Shown piece after piece: positions 27,201 to 35,858 of a DNA stretch of 64,000 nt. This DNA is from Patescibacteria group bacterium (lineage in GTDB: Bacteria > Patescibacteriota > Patescibacteriia > PEXW01): contig JBAYJA010000001.1 of NCBI GenBank assembly GCA_041665345.1, positions 457,206 to 521,205 on the forward strand, read 5' to 3'. Numbering within the stretch: position 1 is the first letter of the stretch; each line of letters starts with the position of its first letter. The notes under the pieces are model-generated. The model did no database searches. It was not told the DNA's origin and worked only from the letters and a program-made list of their open reading frames with translations. Made by a program: the position numbers and the translations under genes.

Positions 27201-29209
27201 ACCTGAGTGCTATTGACGAAGCACTGAACGTCATCCAAATGGACAATACGCCCGCACCACTTGCAGGGTTATACGAACCAACGATGTCTGGCTTGCTCCA
27301 GCAGTACGTCAGCCATGACACCGCGCGTTTGGATGCAATGGCCGAAGGCGGTGGTGGGACTGGGGGTGACCGCAAAGACTTCAAAGATGCGGTGCTTTTC
27401 CAAGAGGTGCAGACGGGCGGTGATGGACAGGCTGAGGTCACCTTCAAAGTGCCAGACAACCTCACTTCGTGGCGGGTGACTGCACAGGGTATCACTGATG
27501 AAAAACTGGCTGGCTTTACCAGCCTGGGTGTTCCGGTGAGCAAACCCGTTTTTGCACTCCTCACGATGCCTGATGAGTTTGTCAGCCAGGACAAACCCAC
27601 CATCATTGGCCGGGCGTACGGAACGGGATTAACCGCAACTGATGATGTGCAGTTCACTTTGGAAACCCCGGGCCTTGGTGCAAACCAAACCCGTACGGGC
27701 AAAGCCTTTGCCGCGCAGAAGTTTGTGCTGCCAACCTTGGTTGCCGGGGAGCAAGAAGTAAAACTTACTGTCCAGAAAGGCAACCAGAAAGATACGCTCA
27801 TCCGGAAAATCACCGTGGTGGACTCTCGGCTTTCCCGCCAAGCAACTGCGTGGCTCACTGTGGCGCCTGACCTCACCATCACAGGTTCACCCAGCGGGCG
27901 GACTATGGTTGGCGTAACGGATCTGGGCCGTGGTCGGATTATTGCCAACCTACGCATGTTGCAGTGGGGCTGGGGGAACCGGTTGGAACGCAACCTAGCC
28001 GGCGCCATTGCCAGTGATGCGCTGGAAAAGTTGCAACCCGACTTGGTGTACGAAAATAGTGGTTTCAATCCAACTGCCTACCAGCAAGAGGACGGCGGTA
28101 TAAGCGAAGTGATTTGGGGTTCGTCCGATGTCCGCCTTTCCGCCCTGGCCGCTGCCCAGGCAAAAATGTTTGACGCCGTGCGTTTGCGGCAGTACTTGCT
28201 GGGCAAGCTGAACCAGAAAGATATCACTGGGGAGCAAGCAAGCTTTGCCCTGTATGGGTTGGCAAACCTGGGTGAGCCGGTGCTCGCTGAACTAGACGCC
28301 TTTGTGGCTACCTCAGGTATTACGGATGAAGAGAAGCTCACTGCAGCCTTGGCGTACCAAGCTTTGGGTGCAAGCCAGCAAGCCCGGACCATTGCCATGG
28401 GATTGTTGGAAACCTACGGCGAAACCCAGGCGCCGTACATCCGGCTGAAGTTGGGCAACGATGATGATGCTCGGATTGTGAACACAGCGCGCTTTAGCAT
28501 TTTGGCTGAAGGGTTGAAGCTTTCGCAGCGGGTGGGTATTGATACCTACTTGGCGGAGAAATTCCCCAAGGATTACCCCACAAACCTGGAGCGAGCTTTG
28601 GGCATGGTTGCAGCCATTCCATTACTGGACAACACCAACGTGTCTGTTACGTACACAGCCGGCGGTGAACCAAAGACGTTGGCCACGAAAGACGACCAGG
28701 TAACCTACGTCTCGCTCACCACCCAAGAAGCAACCCAATTCAAGGTGACGAAAGTTGACGGCCCAGCTGGGTTGATTGTGCAGACCGTGCAGCCATTCGA
28801 TCCCAACACGGCACCGCATGACACGCGCTTGGGTGTCACCCGCAAGTTCACCCGAGTGGGGGACAGCGGACCGTTGAAGCAAGGCGACATTGTCCGCGTG
28901 GATATTGGCCTGCAGGTCGGCAAGGGGATTGTGGATACCGATTTTACAGTGACGGACTACCTCCCATCTGGCCTGGCCGCCTTGCCCAATCCATGGACCC
29001 GGAATGTCCAAACCAGTGTTGGATTCAACTACCCCACGGAAATTGCTGGCCAGCGCCTGACTTTCAATACCTGGGGGCAGAAGAGCTTCTACTACTACGC
29101 CCGGGTGGTGAACCCCGGAAGTTATGCAGCTGAACCCGCAGTAGCGCAAGGTCAGAAGAGCCGGGATGTGATCAACTACTCTGGTGGCCAAACCCTGGGG
29201 ATTGAGTAA
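24245..29209 (+). CDS. giant (1654 aa) cell-surface protein, alpha-2-macroglobulin/MG-domain-like; no thioester motif seen
   Basis: N-terminal TM anchor, repeated beta-rich domains; no CxEQ found by eye. Confidence 0.4.
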   Translation: MPNLHPDQAPVVISKAFWKTKWFYSLCGVVLLAGVSAGVWFGIVQPRRGTTGGDAFDKIVLPADTASATFVVEATKKDRLGVDPKTSFVLTTTAPIAAKDLEASISFSPKVEFAIASTDEKTFEITPKKPLGDEAVYTLAVNATVQGTAGNEKQTYQWAFQPKTSLAIEGTLPRDEATGVPVNTGIEVTFSTDAVKDFGQHFTITPSAKGAFEQHGRTWVFVPAEKLKAATLYTVTLAAALPVQGSDVTLGQAFSFQFETAVAQQSNDAFTYARFSRSFQSVLPKEAPVLDFGYYGNLGTPKATVHRFASSQEMIEKLHVLDDIPTWATAALDTALISTEGLTEIGTYDAKVESFDNQYVLRLPSGFDAGYYLMTLDVKGRKLQTVIVVSELGAAQFVSRTDTVLWLQDLKAGTPLQKVSAVFALDGKTYSSDSEGVVRLTTPDQAVDTETDFTRSYFTVKTSDNRETVIPFTPEGESFFAWRGMRDRPTHDTYWKYLYLDRTLYRPSDTVNIWGIIQPRKNPKAEEYVVKVWTWNVTDWNGAYLPLVEDRVQTNASGTFTKALALTQLNPGTYTLSIETLTGKEIASKQFEVQTFTKPAFGVSLSPQRQAGIVGEQLPIQAFATFFDGTPTPNAKLRYSSWGQPGGEGTDITANSQGTASFNLPLANTNNSVGTQRVTVFPAEASDGDVQGSADIVVFPSRVISNLETDRNGSQATLKLHVRNVDVTKPVTDWWNAYDTMTSGPAANAKVEVKVIEQVLTKTKRGTRYDFIEKQTVDVYDYRYNDVVRTTLTGVTDAQGAYTKDITLPGTSSRVEVRAFDTKNLAYLQTAYFGSTQYADAESASYRVVDVAQDGRTDAQLVYPLGGTTTLEFRKGNTAVEAKGTFMFVTLQNGIQDVTITDKPQLPFTYTEANIPNVFVTGVWFTGSAFRAPAQYEQAMLQFDAETRALQLELKAEKASYGPGDTVRVTVTAKDAAGKPVDARVNLSAIDEALNVIQMDNTPAPLAGLYEPTMSGLLQQYVSHDTARLDAMAEGGGGTGGDRKDFKDAVLFQEVQTGGDGQAEVTFKVPDNLTSWRVTAQGITDEKLAGFTSLGVPVSKPVFALLTMPDEFVSQDKPTIIGRAYGTGLTATDDVQFTLETPGLGANQTRTGKAFAAQKFVLPTLVAGEQEVKLTVQKGNQKDTLIRKITVVDSRLSRQATAWLTVAPDLTITGSPSGRTMVGVTDLGRGRIIANLRMLQWGWGNRLERNLAGAIASDALEKLQPDLVYENSGFNPTAYQQEDGGISEVIWGSSDVRLSALAAAQAKMFDAVRLRQYLLGKLNQKDITGEQASFALYGLANLGEPVLAELDAFVATSGITDEEKLTAALAYQALGASQQARTIAMGLLETYGETQAPYIRLKLGNDDDARIVNTARFSILAEGLKLSQRVGIDTYLAEKFPKDYPTNLERALGMVAAIPLLDNTNVSVTYTAGGEPKTLATKDDQVTYVSLTTQEATQFKVTKVDGPAGLIVQTVQPFDPNTAPHDTRLGVTRKFTRVGDSGPLKQGDIVRVDIGLQVGKGIVDTDFTVTDYLPSGLAALPNPWTRNVQTSVGFNYPTEIAGQRLTFNTWGQKSFYYYARVVNPGSYAAEPAVAQGQKSRDVINYSGGQTLGIE

Positions 29210-30074
29210 ACGCTATTTCATTCTTGGAGCACTCGCGGTCGCCATCCTGGTTGCTGCGGGTGTTTTGGTGTGGTGGCAAAAATCGGAACCGACGCAGTCT
29301 CAATCATCAGCTGTGCTTAACGAGGTAACTCCTGCAGATGTGCAAACTGCTTTTGCACAAGGTGGAGACCAGCAGACCAAGCAGAATCCCGTCGCGGTTA
29401 TCATGCCGCACCACTTGGTGGCAAAGCAGCTGATGGCGGAAATAGCCACAGTGGTTGGTCAGCAGTGTCCTGCGAACATTGTGGTGCTGGGGCCTGATCA
29501 CGAAAATCGTGGCCAGACCATGGTTACAACCAGCGCTACGTCGTGGCAATCACCCTGGGCAACGTACGACGTCGCCGCGGACATTGTGCAAGCCTTGCAC
29601 GCTGTCCCATTTGTCCAAACTAGCGAGTCGGTAATTGCACAGGAACACAGCGCGCTGTACCCGCTACCCTTCCTACAGCATGTTTGTCCCAAAGCAACCT
29701 TTGTCCAACTCATCGTCCGAAGCGGCTTTGATTTGAAAAAGAACGAACAACTTGCCCAGGCTTTGTACACGACGCTCAAACCTGAAGATGTGGTTGTTGC
29801 CAGTGTTGATTTTTCGCACTACAAAACCGCAGCAGAAGCGCGGGTGGAGGATCAGGAGTCCCTTCGATTGTTAGAAGCAGGGGAGTCAGCTGCTCTGGCA
29901 CACATACCAGCCGATGCGCCGGCGGTGCTTGCGGTTGCCATGCGTTTTGCGCAGCTACGTGAGGCAAGTAATTTTCAATTATACAAAAACACCAACGCCG
30001 CTGAAGTGGCAAACGACCCTTCGCAACCCAGCACCACGAGCTACATAACGGGGTGGTGGGGGAGGGGGAGGTAA
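29184..30074 (+). CDS. MEMO1/AmmeMemoRadiSam-B-like protein with N-terminal TM anchor
   Basis: VIMPHHLVA ... IVVLGPDHEN pattern resembling the PHAG...GPxH motifs of the MEMO1 family. Confidence 0.35.
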   Translation: MAKPWGLSKRYFILGALAVAILVAAGVLVWWQKSEPTQSQSSAVLNEVTPADVQTAFAQGGDQQTKQNPVAVIMPHHLVAKQLMAEIATVVGQQCPANIVVLGPDHENRGQTMVTTSATSWQSPWATYDVAADIVQALHAVPFVQTSESVIAQEHSALYPLPFLQHVCPKATFVQLIVRSGFDLKKNEQLAQALYTTLKPEDVVVASVDFSHYKTAAEARVEDQESLRLLEAGESAALAHIPADAPAVLAVAMRFAQLREASNFQLYKNTNAAEVANDPSQPSTTSYITGWWGRGR

Positions 30075-30211
30075 AGATTAAAGGTTGAGTTTTGGATGGC
30101 GGAATGGATTAAGGGTGGAGATAGGGGAAGGGGAGGTAGAAATGTATTGCACGTCTTTCCAAAAAAACTTGGTTCTATTGCATTCTTAACTCGGTAAGTA
30201 TTACCTCCCCC

Positions 30212-30246
30212 AACCCCTCCTTCGAAAGGAGGGGAGGGTTTTTTGG
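30212..30246 (+). terminator. Rho-independent terminator
   Basis: cccctcc-ttcgaaa-ggagggg followed by tttttt. Confidence 0.65.
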
Positions 30247-30307
30247 TTATTTAAAGGCAAGGTTTTTTGTACGTTTCCTCCCCTTTCGAAGGGGAGGTTA
30301 GGAGGGG

Positions 30308-30329
30308 TAACCCTTACCGGTCAAAGCCC
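30308..30329 (+). repeat. left 22-bp direct repeat flanking the accessory island (att-like)
   Basis: gtaacccttaccggtcaaagcc; repeated at 39988-40010; contains near-palindrome GGTAACCCTTACC. Confidence 0.6.
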
Positions 30330-30435
30330 GCGTTACAGAATCAAGCATCATCCAAATCAAACCAATATTCAAAATCTTCCCCCTCCCCGCAACCCCTCTG
30401 GTTCCTTGTCATCAGTCCCTAATTCTTCCCCTCCC

Positions 30436-30480
30436 AATTCGTACATTCGTATTTTCGTAGTATCTTTTCGTAATTCGTAA
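30436..30480 (+). repeat. five TTCGTA hexamer repeats
   Basis: aattcgtacattcgtattttcgtagtatcttttcgtaattcgtaa. Confidence 0.5.
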
Positions 30481-30490
30481 CCATTTTTCC

Positions 30491-30522
30491 GCTAACCTTA
30501 GCCCTTTTGGCTAACCTTAGCC
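30491..30522 (+). promoter_or_regulatory. tandem 13-bp palindromic direct repeats GCTAACCTTAGCC x2 (putative dimeric-regulator operator)
   Basis: Two exact copies with 19-bp phasing, ending 10 bp upstream of the -35 box. Confidence 0.5.
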
Positions 30523-30532
30523 ATTTTAGGTA

Positions 30533-30561
30533 TTGACAGGATTGGCTATCAGGTATATACT
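30533..30561 (+). promoter_or_regulatory. strong sigma70-type promoter at the island entry
   Basis: TTGACA, 17-nt spacer, TATACT. Confidence 0.6.
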
Positions 30562-30562
30562 C

Positions 30563-30877
30563 GTTTGTTGACTTGAAAATCCATTTACTTCTCGGTTCGC
30601 TGAAAGAGAGAGCAGCGCTCCGAACTGTATTGCTTATAGCTTACGGCTTATGGCCTAAGGCTTACCCAAAGGTGCTCTCTCGCAGAGGACCTGTTCTTTT
30701 ATATATATTCTATTTCGCGACATGGAGGGGGAGCATCCGAGTGGAGCGGCATCGCGGCGGGTTTACTCGCCAAAGACGCTTAACCATTCATCGTGATGTG
30801 CGCTTCGGCGCAAAACATCACTCAGCTAATACTCCTCCAGATCAAGGAATAGAAAACAGAAAAACATCGGAGATCAA
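30563..30877 (+). ncRNA. candidate structured leader RNA A (~315 nt)
   Basis: Follows the promoter; gcgcUUCGgcgc tetraloop hairpin; 9-bp long-range helix gagagagca/ugcucucuc; shares tatagcttacggc and atggaggggg motifs with region B. Confidence 0.3.
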
Positions 30878-31144
30878 ATGAAAACTTTACACATTGTAAG
30901 ACGGGCCGGACACTGCATGCTTGAAACAGTGAAATGCACTGTTGGTTTGGCTGCCTTCATCGTACTTGTTGCGATGATTACCGTCATAAGCATCGTGGCC
31001 GTTTACGGGTGTTATCTGGCCTTCAGTGAAGGTGGTACCAACGTCGGCCTGGGCGTAGTCTGCACATTCGGCGTAGTGCTCTGGACTCTTGCGAGGCAAG
31101 GCTGCTTCCAGAGACGAGACCGGGATCTGACCCGGCAGTACTAA
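30878..31144 (+). CDS. small membrane protein (2 TM)
   Basis: ggag RBS; hydrophobic helices. Confidence 0.4.
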   Translation: MKTLHIVRRAGHCMLETVKCTVGLAAFIVLVAMITVISIVAVYGCYLAFSEGGTNVGLGVVCTFGVVLWTLARQGCFQRRDRDLTRQY

Positions 31145-31273
31145 GTAATTTCTGCGGAGTTGTAGTGGATCCGTCCCTACCGCTCCGCAACTCATCCCGG
31201 AAGACGACATAAGCAGAAGATCGTCGTCCGAGATGAGAAGAAGAATTGAAAATGGAAAAAGAAAGAGGGAAAA

Positions 31274-31630
31274 ATGTCGGAAGAGAAAAAGCTTGAATTT
31301 ACGGTGGTTGGGTTCGCAAGTGCTATAAGTGCGCAGGAAGCACTTAGGCGCCTCAAGGACTTAGGCTACAAGATCCTGAGCGTGAAAGAGTTTCAGGAAT
31401 TTGCCAAGCAGATGGTAACGGATGGCCAAGAATGGCCGACGGTGGATCTGCAAGCGCGACTTGAGGGGACGTTGGTAGTTTCCGGCGAAACTATCGAAGG
31501 TGATGAGGAGCCATACTTTCTCACCCTGAATAGCCTTGGAGAATGGGAGAAGGAAAAAAGGGGAAAACAAGAAAACTTGTATAGACCTTACTTCGCTTGC
31601 ATTCTGCCTCAGTCTTCAAAATCTGAATAG
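31274..31630 (+). CDS. small acidic soluble protein
   Basis: gagggaaaaATG RBS; 118 aa. Confidence 0.4.
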   Translation: MSEEKKLEFTVVGFASAISAQEALRRLKDLGYKILSVKEFQEFAKQMVTDGQEWPTVDLQARLEGTLVVSGETIEGDEEPYFLTLNSLGEWEKEKRGKQENLYRPYFACILPQSSKSE

Positions 31631-32183
31631 GTACCGTGGGTTCGCAGGATCACCCAAATAAAAATCCTGCACTCATCTTGGTTGGCTATACGAAAATAGC
31701 CACTCGGGACGAGACAGCACATTCCAACCATGGTTCTGGCAAGTATGGAGGGGGCTAAGTGTGGGCATGAAAGCTATCGCGCGGGGATTTCTCCGCAAAG
31801 ATAGACGACACGTCTTTGCGCTCCGAGGCTTCGGTCTCAAAGGAGAGCACGAGTATCCCAGGCCTACAGCTTTATAGCTTACGGCCTACGGCTACTCACC
31901 ACTTTCACCTCCAGACTTGCCCAAATACATGGAACGAACGTTGACAACTTTTTCTTTCCGACTTGGAGGGGTCACGAGCACTGCATGGACTAGCGTTACC
32001 TGGGGAGCAATCTCCGCGTAACGTCACAGTACATGCATCATGGTCAGGACTTCGGTCCACAGGCCATCTCTCATTCAGTCTTGGCTTTACCCACCTTCGC
32101 TATGAAGCTTCGGTGGGCAAGCGGCTGGGTTCGCTCGCCTCCAGATCGGAAAGAAAGAAACACACTCAAAAGGAGAATAGAAA
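31631..32183 (+). ncRNA. candidate structured RNA B (~550 nt) with several cUUCGg tetraloop hairpins
   Basis: gaggcUUCGgucuc, ggacUUCGgucc, aagcUUCGgugg, tggctat-N7-atagcca; no convincing ORF; shares motifs with region A. Confidence 0.3.
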
Positions 32184-32404
32184 TGTTGCATCCAGCAGTT
32201 TTTCAAATTAGCTGCTTAGCAGCAATATGCGCCATTGTATATGGCATATTGCATATCAAATCACCCTGGAGCCTTGTAGTTGGGTTATTTTTAGGGGTTA
32301 TATCGGTGACTTCTTTGTTAATACCAACTGTCAACAATTCCCCGGCACATGTGACACTTCTAGCTTTCGTCACGGCATATGTGACGGCAGTTTGCAAAAA
32401 GTGA
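32184..32404 (+). CDS. small membrane protein (73 aa)
   Basis: aaggag RBS; TM helices; the listed longer ORF (32033) runs through RNA-like sequence. Confidence 0.35.
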
Positions 32405-32424
32405 TAAAAGGGAACCTTGGCTAC

Positions 32425-32488
32425 GGGTGAGTCGCATGATTCACCCCCCATCCCTGCCGTCGAGTAATGAACGACGGTGGAGATGGGA
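32425..32488 (+). repeat. intercistronic tandem-hairpin element, family 1 (copy 1a)
   Basis: hp1 gggtga-N10-tcaccc; hp2 cccatccctgccgtcg-agtaatga-acgacggtggagatggg; then A-rich spacer, SD, ATG at 32524. Confidence 0.7.
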
Positions 32489-32523
32489 AGAGAAAAAATT
32501 GCAAAACCAAAGGAGAAAATAAA

Positions 32524-33075
32524 ATGACCAAATATGTAGTGATTTGTTGTGCCATCTTAGTGTTGCTGCTGTTAGCGGCGCAGCGTCAGAATGTTGATCT
32601 CACTCCCTTTAACCGGACAGTGAATGCTCCGGTAGTTTCATACACTTTTGAGATTGACAGTTCGAAGGCGGATAAGCAGGTGATCATTACCAGCTTTAAG
32701 GCCTTGCGGTGGCCAAACGTCAAGACCTTGAGTGATACTCTCACTCAAGAAGATTTCTTTAACGTTCTCGTCATACCGAGTGGATCTAGACCGCAAATAA
32801 AATTTACTGTCTACGAAGACAGTACGTACGACATGCGGGAAGTTACGTTCTTTATCCCGTGGCCGGTGTATGATTCACTTCTGGCTGGAAGAGATATTCA
32901 CATTCACACTTTTCCTCATGACTACACCTTCAACGGTGTAGCAAACTGCGAGAGATGTGGGGAGGCCATGTGCGGTGAATTGACCAAAGATAAGGGCACT
33001 GGATGTACCTTGTCTAAGAATCATCCTGGATCTCACAAAAATGAATGGGATCCGGAAAAAGTTTCTTGGGAGTAA
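32524..33075 (+). CDS. secreted protein with Cys-rich C terminus
   Basis: Signal peptide MTKYVVICCAILVLLLLAAQ; C-terminal CERCGEAMCGE...GCTLSKNHPGSH. Confidence 0.45.
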   Translation: MTKYVVICCAILVLLLLAAQRQNVDLTPFNRTVNAPVVSYTFEIDSSKADKQVIITSFKALRWPNVKTLSDTLTQEDFFNVLVIPSGSRPQIKFTVYEDSTYDMREVTFFIPWPVYDSLLAGRDIHIHTFPHDYTFNGVANCERCGEAMCGELTKDKGTGCTLSKNHPGSHKNEWDPEKVSWE

Positions 33076-33102
33076 TTTGCTCCCATTTGTAAGCCCCTTG
33101 AA

Positions 33103-33176
33103 GAAGGCGAGAGACTCTCCATGTCCTCGCCTTCCTATCCCTGCCGTCGAGTAATGAACGACGGTGGAGATGGGAA
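33103..33176 (+). repeat. tandem-hairpin element, family 1 (1b)
   Basis: hp1 gaaggcgag-N14-ctcgccttc; hp2 ctatccctgccgtcgagtaatgaacgacggtggagatggga. Confidence 0.7.
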
Positions 33177-33205
33177 TAGAAATTAAAACCATTGTTGGAG
33201 GAAAG

Positions 33206-33787
33206 ATGTCAAACAAAAGCATAATTTCAAACTTTCTGAGAGCTTATCGTGAAGACGCCGTTACCCTGCGCCGGGTTGGAACAAATGAAAGCTTTCGTGT
33301 CGTCTTCATTTTCAATCACGCGTTGGGCGATTACACAGACGAAAAGCTAAGCGACCCGATATCGCTCACGGAAGGCGCAAAACTTGCTGCCGACGTGCTC
33401 TGCCACAATGCCAACCATATCTGCATGATATTGGGGGGCTTTGTTCAGCACGGAATCAAGGAACCTGGTTTTTCAGAAGCGGTCAGCGCTTTGAAAAATT
33501 CCCTGAATAACCGTGGGAAAATTCATCCCATGCGCGCCGTTTGCCTCATCAAGGAGTTAATGGCGCATGAAAGGACAATTTTATGTACGCGGGATTTTGA
33601 AAAAAGCGAGACGTACAATATCTCCTTTCTCAGAAATTCCGATCTCAAGCTGACAACCGGTTGGATCTCTGACCCTCTTGACCCAGTGACGGCACGCAAG
33701 CTCGCAGATAATCCAAACTGCGAAAATCGCTGGTCAGCGATTGCCATCCTCGATTGCGGACTCTTTAAGTCCCCCAAGACCCAATAG
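33206..33787 (+). CDS. hypothetical protein (193 aa)
   Basis: ggaggaaag RBS; the listed ORF start at 33164 lies inside the repeat. Confidence 0.4.
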   Translation: MSNKSIISNFLRAYREDAVTLRRVGTNESFRVVFIFNHALGDYTDEKLSDPISLTEGAKLAADVLCHNANHICMILGGFVQHGIKEPGFSEAVSALKNSLNNRGKIHPMRAVCLIKELMAHERTILCTRDFEKSETYNISFLRNSDLKLTTGWISDPLDPVTARKLADNPNCENRWSAIAILDCGLFKSPKTQ

Positions 33788-33797
33788 TACCTTGGTT

Positions 33798-33862
33798 GGG
33801 TGAACCTTTGCGCTCACCCTCCCATCCCTGCCGTCGAGCTATGAACGACGGTGGAGATGGGA
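33798..33862 (+). repeat. tandem-hairpin element, family 1 (1c, no gene downstream)
   Basis: hp1 gggtgaa-N9-tcaccc; hp2 tcccatccctgccgtcgagctatgaacgacggtggagatggga. Confidence 0.7.
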
Positions 33863-34061
33863 ACTAAATATAGACGAAAGGTAAGAAAAAAAGTTTATTT
33901 TGTTCGCAATCTCACTAATATTGCTATCTCGAGGGATAGGCGAAAATTGCAATAAACTCGCGAAGGTTTACGGCGGGTAAAAAATATCCCACCAAGCAGT
34001 GAGGTTGATGCAGGCAGAACACCTCACATGCTATCCCACCAAAAAAGTTCATTTGAACTAA

Positions 34062-34141
34062 GACAGGCGCATCACGGATATCTTCTATCCTCACCCCTGT
34101 CTTCCTCTCCAAGCCCACGTCAACACGCGGGTTTAGAGAGG
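34062..34141 (+). repeat. tandem-hairpin element, family 2 (2a)
   Basis: hp1 gacagg...ggata-tcttc-tatcc...cctgtc; hp2 cctctccaagcccacg-tcaaca-cgcgggtttagagagg. Confidence 0.7.
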
Positions 34142-34180
34142 AAAATGAAATAATAAACACATCACATTTGGAGGTAATGG

Positions 34181-34753
34181 ATGCAGGCATTGAATACCTT
34201 TAGTAATGCGCTGAATGTTGCCGGTATAATTCGGAGACGTCGAGCCTTTAAAGCGTTAGCCCAAATGAACCGTGATTTTATGGTTCTTCGAAACAATCTT
34301 CGGTATGCAAGTGGTTACGCCGGCTGCCCTTTGGATCGGCTGGTACTGCTGTTCAAGGCCGTGTCGCCATTTTACGATCGGCTGCCGGAATTTCGTGCCC
34401 TTTTGGTTAGATTCCAGGCCGGCAATTATGATGGAAGTCTGGGCCGTCAAGTGGAAGCTATTTCCACACTCATAGCCCACTTTGGCAATTGTGGGCGCGA
34501 TCCTTACGGCATGAACCGCACGAAGCCTGGGGACGGGGTTACTGAGTACAAGGTGTATCTTGGGAATATTTACGGTTTGTTCCCCCAACCCGTCCCGACC
34601 TGGAAGGAATGCAAGAATTGGTTAAAAGGTGGTTGGGGTAGCCCAAAAATGGCGCACCTCAATGCCTATGACGTTGTGTGTGGCCAGGCGAATAGTTTCG
34701 CCAACCCGCACTTCAAGCCGATGATTGAGGCACTTGAAGTTCTGGGCGCATAA
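34181..34753 (+). CDS. hypothetical protein (190 aa)
   Basis: ggagg RBS. Confidence 0.4.
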   Translation: MQALNTFSNALNVAGIIRRRRAFKALAQMNRDFMVLRNNLRYASGYAGCPLDRLVLLFKAVSPFYDRLPEFRALLVRFQAGNYDGSLGRQVEAISTLIAHFGNCGRDPYGMNRTKPGDGVTEYKVYLGNIYGLFPQPVPTWKECKNWLKGGWGSPKMAHLNAYDVVCGQANSFANPHFKPMIEALEVLGA

Positions 34754-34775
34754 AGTCAAAATTCGCTCATTGGTT

Positions 34776-34844
34776 GGTGGGTTTACAATTCTTGTTGACC
34801 CGCCTTCCTCTCCAAGCCCACGTCTGTACGCGGGTTTAGAGAGG
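34776..34844 (+). repeat. tandem-hairpin element, family 2 (2b)
   Basis: hp1 ggtgggt-N15-acccgcc; hp2 cctctccaagcccacg-tctgta-cgcgggtttagagagg. Confidence 0.7.
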
Positions 34845-34878
34845 AAAAATGAAACAATAAATTTTTTGGAGGTATATC

Positions 34879-35337
34879 ATGTCGATTACAAAAATTCGTA
34901 GTCGTTGCGAAATTTTTGTCTGTCAGGCAACTGTTTCGGGAATTTACCTATCCCTCTGGGTTTTGCTGTGGGGGTTTGATGAATATCTTTCGACCTTCCA
35001 GATCTCAGCGGGTATTTACTTCTGGGTGGGAGGGGTCTTGGCGAGCGGGTTTCTCGCCCTTTCTGTTATGGGCTGGATTTCACAAAATTGGCCCGGATCC
35101 CATATTGAGCAGGTAAAAGATGGGGTCTGCTGGGGCACAAGAAGTGCATTCGGATTCATCTTTATTGGAATAGGGGCTGTATTAACTCTCATCGCCATTG
35201 GGGTGATGATCCATGCCTTCACAGCGAATATTTTGTCTGAGGACGTAGCAGCTATGGCCGCAGGGGCTCTACTCGTATTCGCAATCGCATGCATCGTTGC
35301 TTGCTTTGGCGATATGATCTTAGTGGAGCCAGTTTAA
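34879..35337 (+). CDS. membrane protein (4 TM)
   Basis: ggagg RBS; four hydrophobic helices. Confidence 0.45.
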   Translation: MSITKIRSRCEIFVCQATVSGIYLSLWVLLWGFDEYLSTFQISAGIYFWVGGVLASGFLALSVMGWISQNWPGSHIEQVKDGVCWGTRSAFGFIFIGIGAVLTLIAIGVMIHAFTANILSEDVAAMAAGALLVFAIACIVACFGDMILVEPV

Positions 35338-35362
35338 AAACATTAAAAGAGCTCATTGGTTG

Positions 35363-35433
35363 GTGGGTCTACAATTCTTGTTGACCCGCCTTCCTCTCCA
35401 AGTGCATGTATGGTATACGTGTGCTTAGAGAAG
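35363..35433 (+). repeat. tandem-hairpin element, family 2 (2c) with compensatory changes
   Basis: hp2 ccaagtgcatg-tatggtata-cgtgtgcttagagaag; stem substitutions relative to 2a/2b keep pairing (G-U and A-U replace G-C). Confidence 0.7.
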
Positions 35434-35464
35434 AAAAAACAAATTATGTTTTGAAGGAGTTTCT

Positions 35465-35698
35465 ATGTTTGAGCCAGTCGTTGTGCAAATGAGCATGCTC
35501 GTCGCATGGTACCTGACAGTTTCTAGATATTGCAGGGTAAAGGGTCTGCGATCTCTGGTGGGGTCAGCGATACTAATATTTGGCTTCATTTTCTTCAATA
35601 AGATGAATGAGGCAGAATGGTTTCTACCCTATCTCTTTATAGTCGCTGTTTACTACAACGATAAAAGAGAAAGTTGGATTAGGAATGAGATAAGCTGA
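35465..35698 (+). CDS. small membrane protein (2 TM)
   Basis: aaggag RBS. Confidence 0.4.
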   Translation: MFEPVVVQMSMLVAWYLTVSRYCRVKGLRSLVGSAILIFGFIFFNKMNEAEWFLPYLFIVAVYYNDKRESWIRNEIS

Positions 35699-35750
35699 TC
35701 TCGCGGCGAGGTGCAGATGCATGCAGAACCGCACATTAGCGAACGAAAAG

Positions 35751-35858
35751 ACAGGCACCCTGTACCATCTAGTACGGGGCAGCTGCATTACGGATATCCT
35801 CTATCCGCACGCCTGTCTTCCTCTCCAAGCCCACGTTTGTACGCGGGTTTAGAGAGGA
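35751..35858 (+). repeat. tandem-hairpin element, family 2 (2d, no gene downstream)
   Basis: hp1 gacaggc...cggatat-cctc-tatccg...gcctgtc; hp2 cctctccaagcccacg-tttgta-cgcgggtttagagagg. Confidence 0.65.

Noticed and set aside
30090-30140. Purine-rich TGG-repeat stretch resembling the MraZ-type repeats
   Set aside because: No regular 10-bp phasing. It lies in the 3' flank of the MEMO-like gene next to terminators and is probably a compositional coincidence.
31631-32183. tmRNA, RNase P RNA, SRP RNA or 6S RNA identity for structured region B
   Set aside because: No GGAAAGUCCGG-type P4 sequence, no tRNA-like domain with CCA end plus tag reading frame, and no SRP domain IV motif were found by eye. 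It is left as an unclassified candidate RNA.
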